Below are positions 35,505-46,759 of a DNA stretch of 64,000 bases, in pieces (within the stretch, counting starts at the first letter, position 1; every line of letters starts with the position of its first letter). Where the stretch lies: contig OZ024745.1 of assembly GCA_964016885.1 (NCBI GenBank), positions 75,082,001 through 75,146,000 of the forward strand, given 5' to 3'. Made by a program: the position numbers and the translations under genes. The notes beneath the pieces were generated by a model. It was not told the DNA's origin. It was given only the letters and a program-made list of their open reading frames with translations, and made no database searches. Origin of the DNA: Eledone cirrhosa. Lineage: Eukaryota.

Positions 35505-38500
35505 ATGACCATGCTGTAAAATGGAGGGGTAGAGACATCCTCTCTAGTAAGACATCCTCTCTAGTGCTGGTGGCACAAATAAAAGCACCCAGTCCATGCT
35601 GTAAAGTGGCGCTGGTGTTAGGAAGGGCATCCAACCAGTGTATCAATGCCAAAACGCTTATCAGCACAGCAACAAATAGGAACAACAACAAAATATGAAG
35701 ACGTCGCATCTCAGAGTTGCAACACTTAATGTTGGCACTCTCAGAGGTAGATCTGCTGAAATAGTGGAGATGCTGGAGAGAAGGCAGGTGGATGTGTGCT
35801 GAGTGCAAGAGGTGAGATGGAGAGGTGCCTCTGCAAGACTAGTCGTAGGCAAACGTCTTAGCTATAAGCTATTCTGGGTAGGTAAGGATGATGGGTTAGG
35901 GGGAGTAGGCATTTTCCTGGCTGAGAAATGGATCAATAAGACAATAGAGGTAGTTCGAGTTAGTAATCGAATAATTAAGCTTAGATTAGTTGTAGGTAGG
36001 GGACTACTGACAATCATCTCTGCCTATGCTCCCCAAGCAGGCCTAGGCAGAGATGAGAAAGACTGCTTTTATGAGCAACTTTTGCAAACAACCGCAATGA
36101 CAGAGGACGGAGACATCGTTATGCTAGCAGAAGACTTCAATGGTCATGTTGGACAGCTCCAGGATGGTTACACTGGGGTACATGGTGGGCACGGTTACAG
36201 TTCAAGAAATGAAGAAGGAGTGAGACTTCTTGAATTTTGTGATGCAGGTACATTGACTATTTGCAACACAAACTTCCAGAAACCTGCCAATCACCTAATA
36301 ACCTACAAATCTGGTGAGCACATAAGCCAGATTGACTTCTTACTAGTTAGGCAGCGGGACAGGCAGATAGTGTCTAATACCAAGGCATACCCTGGGGAAG
36401 AATGTACCCCACAGCATAGGTTAGTTGTTAGTGATATCTCAGTAAGCAAGAGATGGAATGAAACATATAGGAAGGTGTGGAGAAGAAAGGTCTGGAAGCT
36501 AAAAGACCTTTCACTAAAATACAAATTTAGGAAAGCCCTTCAAGATGTATATGACGAAAAAGAAGACGATTTAGAGACGTATGACATAGATAATAACTGG
36601 AATTTCTTACGTGACAACTTGCTGTAGGCTACTGATGAAACTTGTGGCTGGAGCAGAGCTCCAACCAGACAGAGAGTGACCTGGTGGTGGAACAGCACAG
36701 TAGATAAGGCTATTAGAGACAAAAGACTAGCATGGAAGGCTTGGAAAAAGGGTAGGAGTAGGGAAGAATATACAGCCACTAAGAGAGAAGCTAGATGTCA
36801 GGTGTACTTAGCACGCAGGGAGGCAGAGAGTAGGAGGTTTGCCAATGTTCTGCGACGGGAAGATCAGAGGCGTGCGGTGTTCCACATTGCAAGGCAGTGT
36901 GTCAATGCAAATCAGGATGTTGTTGGAGATAAATGTGTCCGGGATGATGCCGGTGTACTTAGTGTCACGAATGATCAGAAAAAGGAGGCCTGGAAATGTC
37001 ATTATGAGAGACTGATGAATGTGGAGAACAAATGGGAGAGAGAGAAATTACCCTTGGTAGATCCGACAGAGGGACCAGTTATTGAGATTGACGAATATAG
37101 GGTCCAAGAGGCGATTAGGGAAATGAAAAATGGTAAGGCTGCCGGACCATCGGGAATAGTTGCTGAGATGCTGAAGGCATCAGGGGACGTATGCACTAAA
37201 CTGGTTGCACGCATCATCAATCAAGCTATATATGGTGGTGTCATACCCAAAGACTGGTGCAGCAGTATTCTCATAAATTGCTACAAAGGTAAAGGGGATG
37301 CTTTGGAGAGGAGCAATTATAGGGGTATAAAACTGATAGATCAGGTTATGAAAGTGGCAGAAAGGATTTTAGCACAACTAATTAGAGAAAGGGTCAAACT
37401 AGATGAGATGCAGTTTGGTTTTGTGCCTGGGAAGAGTACAATAGATGCCCTCTTCTTGGTGAGACAATTGCAAGAGAGGTTCTTAGAGAAGAATAAGCCA
37501 CTATACTTAGCCTTTGTTGACCTAGAGAAGGCCTTTGATAGGGTACCCCGATCTGTCATCTGGTGGTCCCTAAGGAAGCTAGGTGTTGAGGAATGGTTTG
37601 TGAGGACAGTGAAAACTTTGTACAGAGGTACTCTCAGTAAAGTCAGGGTAGGAATGGAGTTTAGTGAGGAATTCCAGATACAAGTAAGAGTACATCAGGG
37701 TTCGGTCCTCAGCCCGCTCTTGTTCATTATAGTCCTCCAAGCCATAACAGAGGAGTTTAAGACTGGCTGTCCATGGGAACTTCTCTATGCTGACGATCTG
37801 GTTCTTATAACAGAATCAGTAGAGGAGCTAGAGAATAAATTCTGGCTATGGAAACAGCAGTTGGAAGTAAGAGGACTGAGAGTGAATCTAGCTAAGACAA
37901 AAGTGTTGATGAGTAGAAAAGAGGACAAAACCCTGATTTCGTCAGGGAAATGGCCATGTTCGATATGCAGAAAAGGAACTGGCATAAATTCTATAAAATG
38001 CACACAATGCAGATCCTGGGTACACAAGAGATGTAGCGGGATAGCAGGCAAACTAACAGGTAGGGAGAAATATGTATGCAGTAGATGTACAGGGAAATTA
38101 GACAGTAGAAGTCGCATTGATAGACACATTTTTCAAATGCAGGAGGGCGCTATAGAAGTGGTGGATAGCTTCCGGTACCTAGGAGATCAGATTAGCATGG
38201 GAGGAGGGTGTTCCGAGGCCATAGTATCTAGAATAAGGACGGGTTGGAAGAAGTTTAGGGAGCTGCTTCCTCTGTTGACGAAGAAGGGTTTCTCCCTGCG
38301 TACGAAAGGCCGGTTGTATGATGCCTGTGTGAGGAGCGCGATGCTGCATGGTAGTGAGACATGGGCAGCTACTGCAGAAGATATGCGACGGCTGGAGAGA
38401 AATGAGGCAAGCATGCTCCGTTGGATGTGCAGTGTAAATGTGCGTGAACGACCCAGCATAAATGTGTTGAGAGAGAAACTGTGTCTGAGAGGGATAGAAT

Positions 38501-38780
38501 GTAGTGTACGGGAGAGGAGACTGAGGTGGTATGGACATGTGATGCGCATGGAGGATGACCGATGGGTGAAGAAGTGCCAGGAAATGCCAGTTGAAGGAAG
38601 ACATGGTAGAGGTAGACCACGAAAAACATGGGCGGAGGTGGTGAGAACAGACCTCAGATCGCTGAAGCTCACGGTGGAGATGACGAAGGACCGTGACAAG
38701 GAGAGAGATGCTGTGCTGAATAAGACCCGTCCCACCCTTGCAAGTAGGGAAAAGCGGACGTAAAATGATGATGATGATGA
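35505..38780 (+). mobile_element. Near full-length RTE LINE (subfamily B)
   Basis: Short 5' region with a 48-bp-type module and TGGTGTTAGGAAGGGCATCC, an APE-RT-PHD ORF, then an (ATG)n tail followed by (TA)n. Confidence 0.92.
35695..38763 (+). pseudogene. RTE APE-RT-PHD ORF with two in-frame stops (TGA 35800, TAG 36625)
   Basis: MKTSHLRVATLNVGTL at 35695, ORF 35803-36627 and ORF 36676-38763 are all in one frame. Confidence 0.9.
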
Positions 38781-39314
38781 TATATATATATATACACACA
38801 ATAATTATAACGAGCCAGACAATTAGATATCACCTAGGGTCACCAATTTCCACACACTCAATGATTTTACAAAAATCATGTTGGAAATTCGAATTTGCAT
38901 ATCAGAGTGGACACAATACATACATAATGGATAAACGGATTTGCGTGGGAACACAAAATAATGCTCTGAACTGTAATACAGTTTCATTACCATGTCCTGA
39001 GTGCAGCTGGTGCATTAGCAAAATACTGCACACACAGACCACACACATATATATTAATGAAGTTGACTGTAATCAGTGTAGCTGTACTGTGGGATTTTCT
39101 AGAAAAAAAAGGATATTTTAGAAAATTGCAGTTTTAATTACATCAAAAAAGGAAATAGCATAGGAAGAGGAGCAGTTACCCTACTGATGTGAGAGAGAAA
39201 GAGAGACTGATTATTTTATTCTTGTACATTTATATTTTCAAGTCTTTTCATTATATTTAAATACATCAGTCGTGTCACTTCTTTGCCTTCTCTCCTCTAT
39301 ATTTGTGTGTGTTT

Positions 39315-39920
39315 ATATCATCATCATTTTATGTCTGCTGTTCCATGCTTGCATGGAGATGGGGCTTTTTCTTCAGTACAGCACCTCTCCACTTGTCACA
39401 TTCTTTTGTCATCTCCTCTGTGAGATTCAGCAATTCTTGCCACTTCCACCAAGGTATTCCTTGGTCTTCCCCTTCTGTGGCTTTCCCCTACTGGGATTAC
39501 TCAGCACTTCTTCACCCAGCAGTCATAATCAATGCACATCTCATGCTCATATCATTGCCGTCTCCTCTCTTGCACATTACATCTCATTCCTGTTATATCC
39601 AGTTTCTCTCTCAGTTCATCCATGCTTTGTTGTTCTCACACATTAATATTGCACATCCATTAAAACATACCTCATTTCTCTCTGGCATTTGCATGTCTTC
39701 TACGTAACTGCCCATGTCCACTACCATACAGTATCACACTACACACACAGTCATCGTGCAGCTGACCTTTCATTTGTAAGGAGAAACCTTTTGTTGTCAA
39801 CAAAAGTAGTAGCTCCCTAAACTTTCCATGCTGCCCTTATTCTAGCTTTTATGTTCTCGGAGCACCATCCTCCACTGTTAATTATATCACCTAGGTATCA
39901 GAAGTTATCAACCACTTCAT
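39315..39920 (-). mobile_element. Old degenerate RTE 3' fragment
   Basis: Patchy similarity to the RTE C-terminal region (DSF.YLGD, KGFSL.MKG) and to the terminal stem-loop ccatgcttgcatgg. Confidence 0.7.
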
Positions 39921-40489
39921 TGGTACTCTTACTCTGACCCTATACTATGAAGGTCACCTCCATTCATCATCATGTCTAATCACACCATACATCAATAACT
40001 TCATACTTATCTTCCTTCTCCTCTCCTCCCAACCTCCCACAGGCAGAGAGGGCTCTTTACTTGGGACAATGGCCAACAAGCTAGCGTTGTTGCTATGAAA
40101 ATGCACTTGGTACACCGTGTAAGATGGTTGGTAATAGGAAGAGATCCTTCCTGTGAAAACCATGCCTAAAAGGGTTGATAGGATCCTTCAGTTGCGTCAA
40201 TGGTGTAACAACCTCTCTAGTCTTGATAGAAAGTTTACCGAACAAAGGGTTGGGAGGACCTTTCAATTTTGTTAAAGAATGGTGCCATGGGAGTTATGGA
40301 CTCGACTCCATTATCGATCTGTTTTCAGACTGGTGCATCACCAATCTGAAGAGCAGATCAATAACGGAGTCGGGTCCATAACTCCTATGGGTGACCTTGA
40401 GCCAATCCTCTGCGAAACACATAACGGGTCGATACACAATAAAAATCTAATACTTATAAACGAAACTTTCTCGTTTTTTTCTAATATAT

Positions 40490-40828
40490 CATCATTTCAT
40501 CATTTCATTTTACGTCCACTTTTTCCCTGCTTGCAAGGGTGGGACGGGAACTGATTTTGGCTTGGTTTCTACAGCTGGATGCCCTTCCTAACACCAACCT
40601 CATTTACAGTGAGTGCTGGGTGCTTTTTTGCCGTGGCACCTCCACGACCACTTTGCAGTGGAATGATAGGGACCCCAGTCCTTATCATCTCATTTCTACA
40701 GCTGAGTAAACTGGAGCAATGTGAAATAAAGTGTCTTGCTCAAGGAAACAACACATCACCCGGTCTGAGAATTGAACTCACAACCTTTCGATTGCAAGGC
40801 CAATGCTCTAACCACTAAGCCATGTGCC
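40490..40828 (-). mobile_element. SINE family 1
   Basis: Reverse complement of 10330-10660 and 51339-51675. Confidence 0.92.
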
Positions 40829-41629
40829 ATGTGTGTGTGTGTATATGTCTCTGTGTTTACATTTGTGTCTGTGCCTGTCCTGTAACTTAGCGGTTTAACA
40901 AAAAAATAGATTGATAAAATAAGTACCAGATTAAAAAACAAATACTGGGACACACATGATCGACTAAATGAAGGCAGTGCTCCAGCTGGACTGCATTCTA
41001 ATGACTGAAACAACTATAAATATGGTAATGAAAAGATTAATATCTAAATGTTAGGAAAACATTAGGAGTGTCAAACAGTGTGATGAACTTTGAAGAATGT
41101 TTTAACTGCTCTATCTCATTAAACTACATATTTGTAGATCAATTAGGGGTGATTATGTTCATCAGTCGGAAGGAAATGGGCGATGAAAGCAATGAAAATA
41201 AAATTATCTTATACTAGTTTGGATAATTGGATGGAAAACAATGTGTCTGAATAATTATATGTATGTTTCATTTATGTATTGTTTCTTCTTAATTTTATTT
41301 TTACCGGCCACCTATCTGGTAACAAGGTTGTTAAGAAAAGAATATTTGTGCCATCCTTTGTGCAATTGTTCATCTTTTGAATCTTAGGAATGGTTTACAG
41401 ATTTTGAAGATTCCAGATATCATAGCGATCTGTAGTTTATGAATTAAAGAACTGCCTTATTTTCAAGTTCAGTCATACTTTGGTCCAGATGGGTTGGTAT
41501 ATATCCTATAGCTCCAATGATAATAAATATGAAATTAAACATATTTTGGATACGGGAGATGCAAACTTTTCATTGGGGGTTTATAGATATTCTCCTTCTC
41601 TTGCATATTCCTTACTATATTATCATCAA

Positions 41630-42013
41630 GTGGTCAAGTAGGTGTCATAACAAAAAGCACCCAGCTCACACTGTAAAGTGGCTATGGAGGTGTCATGACA
41701 AAAAGCACCCAGCCCACACTGTAAAGTGGTCATGTAGGTGTCACGACAAAAAGCACCCAGCCCACACTGTAAAGTGGTCATGTAGGTGTCACGACAAAAA
41801 GCACTCAGCTCATACTGTAAAGTGGTTATGTAGGTGTTACGACAAAAAGCACCCAGTACACACTGTAAAGTGGTCATGTAGGTGTCACGACAAAAAGCAC
41901 TCAGCTCATACTGTAAAGTGGTTATGTAGGTGTCACAACAAAAAGCACTCAGCTCACACTGTAAAGTGGTCATGTAGGTGTTACAACAAAAAGCACCCAG
42001 TACACACTGTAAA
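41630..42013 (+). repeat. Tandem array of 8 x 48-bp units, continuing into an RTE/SINE tail to ~42165
   Basis: Unit gtggtcatgtaggtgtcacgacaaaaagcacccagcccacactgtaaa; 16-aa periodicity in ORF 41517-42047. Confidence 0.95.
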
Positions 42014-42218
42014 TATGGTTGGCATTAGAAAAGGTATCCAGCCATAGAAACCAAGCCAGAAACAGTTCTGTATGAGCAAGACATGGTCACCTGATCTGAC
42101 TTGCCTTAAACTGAACAACTCATCTAACCCATGCTAGCATGGAAAATAGACTTTAAACAATGATTAATATATCTGGTTTCTACAACACCAGTTTTTCAAT
42201 TTGAGGCCCCAAATAACT

Positions 42219-42405
42219 GTTTCTACTTTTGGCACAAGGCCAGCAATTACCCAGTGCATTACTGATTCTTTATTTTATCGACCCTGTAAGGATGAAAGGC
42301 AAAGTTAACCTCGGCGGGATTTGAACTCAGAATAGCAAGGGCCGTAACTCTATGCGTCAAAGCATGGCGTCCGACTCTCTACCGATACTGCCAATCCACC
42401 GCCCC
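42219..42405 (-). mobile_element. SINE family 2 (best preserved copy)
   Basis: Minus strand reads ggcggtggattggcagtatcggtagag...ctgagttcaaatcccgccgaggttaactttgcctttcatcc. Confidence 0.85.
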
Positions 42406-42529
42406 AAATAACAATATCAATTCAGTTATGTTTTAATTTAGTGGCAGTTTTTATTTTTAGGCTCTATTAATATTCCTTTGAGCTATCAGTTTCAATTTGT
42501 TCATCTATATTTGTTTTTACTTTTGTCTT

Positions 42530-43290
42530 TTGAAGTGTATTCCAGATTGTTCTGGCTACCACATCATGCCTCATGGGAAGTTACTAACAAAAAGACATTC
42601 TTTCATAGTTGGCAACAGTATGGTTGACATTTTTAGTCTTAGTTTTGCACAACCTACATTTATTGTCAACTGATGATTTTTCTCATTTGTATGGTAGGTA
42701 TTTGGTGAGGATGTCTTGTTCTTGGATTGCATGATTTATCTTTCAAGGTGGGATGTTATGAACTTGTCAGAATTTCACATCAGTCTTTTAGTGTGTTTTA
42801 TCCCCTCTTTGGTCCAGATTTTTCATCTCAATTACCCATGTATAATCTTCTTAGTGAACTGGTCTACTCTTTTATTTTGCCTGAGCATTGAGTAGAGTTA
42901 TCCAATGTTCTTGGAAAAGATATTTGTATCAGATTTTGTTTCCCGCCTCTGCTCAAGTTCAATGGCTATTTTAACGATATTGTTATTTTCCTGTTTGTAA
43001 ATCTGGGTGAGATGGTTGCTGACCTTTTTCTTCTGTTGAAGATGTTGCTTCAGTGTTATTTATCCAGATCTCATGATGTTAATATGGATTTTAGGCATTG
43101 GCTACCTTTTTTTGCATGGAAAATATAACCTATCCGAATTACATCCATCTCATTTAGGTCTTTCAGAGACCAGTTCAGATGTTGGTGTTAGGATGGGTAT
43201 TGCAAAGCTATTGTGGACAATCTGCTTGTTGTCGGTTGAGAGTTCTGATAACCAGATTTTCTTTACTTTCCTGAGGTATTCACTTCTTGC
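42530..43290 (-). mobile_element. R4/Dong-like REL retrotransposon relic
   Basis: EYLRKVKKIWLSELSTDNKQIVHNSFAIPIL, CRLC and MRHDVVARTIW in broken frames. Confidence 0.7.
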
Positions 43291-43475
43291 ACACACAGTG
43301 ACACACATACACACATACACACATAAATATAAAGCACCCAGCACACACTGTAAATGTGGTTGGCGTTAGGAACCTAGCCAGAAACAGTCCTATATGAACA
43401 AGACATTGTCACCTAACTTGCCTCTAATGGGACAATCCATCTAACCCATGCACGCTTGGAAAATGGACATTAAAC

Positions 43476-43520
<45 letters not shown>

Positions 43521-43565
43521 ATATATATATATATATATGATAATATATACATATATATATATATC

Positions 43566-45670
43566 TGCCCCAAATCGATCCAATAGAAGGACCAGCGGTG
43601 CAAGTTAAAGTTAGTATAATAAGTAAGGCAATCAAAGATATGAAGACAGGCAAGGCAGCTGGGCCTTCGGAGATAGCTGCTGAGATGTTGAAGGCATCTG
43701 GAATGGTGGGACATACTATGGTCACCCGTATAGTTAACCAAGTAATACAGAATGGGGTCATACCAAAAGACTGGCGTAGCAGCATCATCATTAACTACTA
43801 CAAGGGTAAAGGAGATGCTCTAGATAGAGGAAACTATAGAGGCATTAAGTTAGTTGACCAGGTCATGAAGGTCACAGAAAGAGTTATAGCGCAACTAATC
43901 AGAGAGCGAATTGATCTAGATGAAATGCAGTTTGGGTTTGTGTCAGGTAAAAGTACCACAGACGCTCTTTTCCTTGTACGACAACTACAAGAGAAGTACC
44001 TAGCTAAAAGTAAACCCCTCTACTTAGCTTTTGTAGACCTGGAAAAAGCCTTTGACAGAGTACCCCGCTTGATTATCTGGTGGGCTCTTAGAAAACTAGG
44101 TGTAGATGAATGGCTTGTGAGAGCTATACAAGCCATGTATAAAGAAACAGTCAGCAAGGTTAGAATTAACAACGAATATAGTGAAGAGTTTAGCGTAAAA
44201 GTTGGTGTTCATCATGGCTCCGTCCTTAGCCCCTACTATTTATTATTGCCCTTCAGGCTATAACAGAGGAGTTCAAGACCGGCTGCCCATAGGAACTCCT
44301 ATATGCAGATGATCTAACGCTCATAGCTGAATCAATGGCTGAACTAGAAAAGAAATTCCAAACATGGAAGCATGGCCTAGAATCAAAAGGCCTTAAAGTT
44401 AACTTGTCTAAGACTAAAGTCCTAGTTTGTAGAAAGGAAAATAAGGCACAGGTACCCTCAGGGAAATGGCCTTGCTCAGCGTGTAGGAAAGGAGTAGGCA
44501 GAAATTCAATTTTATGTCCCAAATGCAAAGTATGGGTACATAAAAGATGTAGTGGGATCACAGGTAAACTATCTAAGAATGTAGACTTTATATGTGGCCG
44601 ATGCTCAGGTGCAATAAGTAGCAAGTGTCCACAGGATACTAGCCCCTTCTATTGCCCAGATGGTTCTATAGAAATAGTAGACACTTTCTGTTACCTGGGT
44701 GACAAAATCAGCAGTGGTGGAGGGTGCTCTGAAAGTACAGTAGCCAGAGTCAGAATGGGATGGAAAAAGTTCAGAGAGCTTATATCGCTGTTGGCTACAA
44801 AAGGTTTCTCTCTAAAAATGAAAGGCAGATTGTATGATGCTTGTATACGAACAGCAATGCTACATGGCTGTGAGACATGAGCATTACGTGCAGAGGACCT
44901 GCGTAGACTGGAAAGGAACGAAGCATGCATGCTCTGTTGGATGTGTAATAGTAATATATGTGAACGGCAAAGCATAAATGAACTAAGTGAGAAATTTGGA
45001 ATAAGAGTGATCAGATGCTGTTTACTCGAGAGAAGACTACGTTGATATGGCCACGTGATGCACATGAAAGACGACAGCTGTATAAAAAAGTGCAGGGCGA
45101 TCAAAATTGATGGTAGTTACGGAGTAGGTAGACCCAGAAAAACCTGAGACGATCTGATAAATTCCGACCTTACACACTTGCACCTCTCTAAGACAATGTC
45201 ACTGGACCGAGATCTTTGGCGCTACGCAGTAATACAGAAGACCCGCCTTGCCTATGTACAAAGCGAAACCTACAGTCAGTAGGCACCTTTTAACCAAATA
45301 TACACCCCAATCCACTACCCCTACCCTATCCTCCCACTCCCACCAACACCACCCTCTCTCTATAAAGTTGGTACCACATCATCCAGTCCAAATAAATGAG
45401 ATAATGAGATCAAGATCGTGTAGGTGCCACGAGAAAAAAAACACAGTCCACGCTGTAATGTGGCTGTGTAAGTAACACAGTAAAAAGTTCCCAGTTCCAC
45501 ACTGTAAATGTGGTTGGTGTTAGGAAGGGCATCCAGCTGTAGAAAACCTGCCAGATAGTCCTATATGAGCGAGACATAGTCACCCGACCAACCTTGCCTC
45601 AAGTGGGACAACTCCCATCTAACCCATACTAGCGTGGAACATGGACGTTAAACGATGATGATGATGATGA
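43566..45670 (+). mobile_element. 5'-truncated RTE (subfamily A-related), frameshifted
   Basis: ORFs 43598-44263 and 44335-44880 (RT, PHD); (TA)n on both flanks; (ATG)n tail. Confidence 0.93.
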
Positions 45671-46034
45671 TATATATATATATTAATAGCTTTGGCTTTA
45701 TTATATAAAAACTACGTATTATGACAGCTGCAGCTTGATAACGTCTGCCTTCCCCATTATGTGGCTATTAAGGTCTGGTTACATAAGCTGAGTTTGGGAT
45801 GATGGGTTGTTTGCGTATGATTTAATGAATTTGGAGGGTGAATATGATTTGTTTGGCAGGAGTCATGGTTACAGGTTGGCATTCAGTTTAGGGTGTTTGC
45901 TGAGGCGGAGTAGACTGATTGGAGCAATAACGGTCTTATTTATGTATATATATATATCAATAAGTCAAATTCCAGCTTAGAACACATATCACAGAGTGCT
46001 CCATCTTACACAGCCTCTGTAGAGGTAAGATGGG

Positions 46035-46465
46035 CGCTTTTTGCTGTGGGGCTTACATGACCACGTTACAGTGTGGACTAGATGCTTTTTGTCATGACAC
46101 CTATATGACCACTATACAGTGTGGACTGGGCACTTTTTGTCGTGTCACCAACATGACCACTTAACCTAGGCGCTTTTTGCCATGGTGCCTACACGACCAC
46201 TTTATAGTATGGACTGGGCACTTTTTGTCTGTCATGACACCTATACGACTACTCTACAGTATGGACTGGGCACTTTTTGCCGTGACACCTACATGACCAC
46301 CTTACAGTGTGGGCTGGGTGATTTTTTTTATGACACCTACATGACCACTTTACATTGTGGACTGGGTGCCTTTTGCCGTGATGTTACACGACCACTTTGC
46401 AGTGTGGACTGGGCACCTTTTGCCATGTCACCAACACGACCACTTTACAATGTGGACTGGGCACT
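46035..46465 (-). repeat. Degenerate tandem array (~9 units) of the same 48-bp module
   Basis: Repeated gaccactttacagtgtggactgggcactttttgccgtgacacctac. Confidence 0.88.
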
Positions 46466-46720
46466 TCTCTTAACAAATTAAAAAAACAAAACAATAAGAA
46501 TTAAAGAGATCACTCTCCCTCATATTTATGAGCAAACTGTATCATCATTGATATTTGATTCCTTTGTTATTTAATGTTACCCATTATTTTAGCTGTTCTC
46601 ACACATTGTAACATATTTACATCTAATTTTGTTTTGTACCAGCTCTAATTATTTAATTACTTATTTTGTTTGATTTTGTTTTGTTTTTCTTTCACTTATT
46701 CTGCTATTTTCTTTATGTAG

Positions 46721-46759
46721 GTGTTATCAAAAATATTAAACAGAATTCACTAGAAAGTT
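46721..46759 (+). CDS. Candidate 39-nt internal exon (phase 1-1; VIKNIKQNSLES)
   Basis: Long polypyrimidine tract ending ttttctttatgtAG (46720), donor GTAAGT at 46760, length divisible by 3, one open frame. Confidence 0.45.

Noticed and set aside
41630-42013. CRISPR-like array or 176-aa repeat protein (ORF 41517-42047)
   Set aside because: Units are contiguous with no unique spacers and there are no cas genes. The ORF is a by-product of a stop-free 48-bp unit that is a retroelement UTR module.
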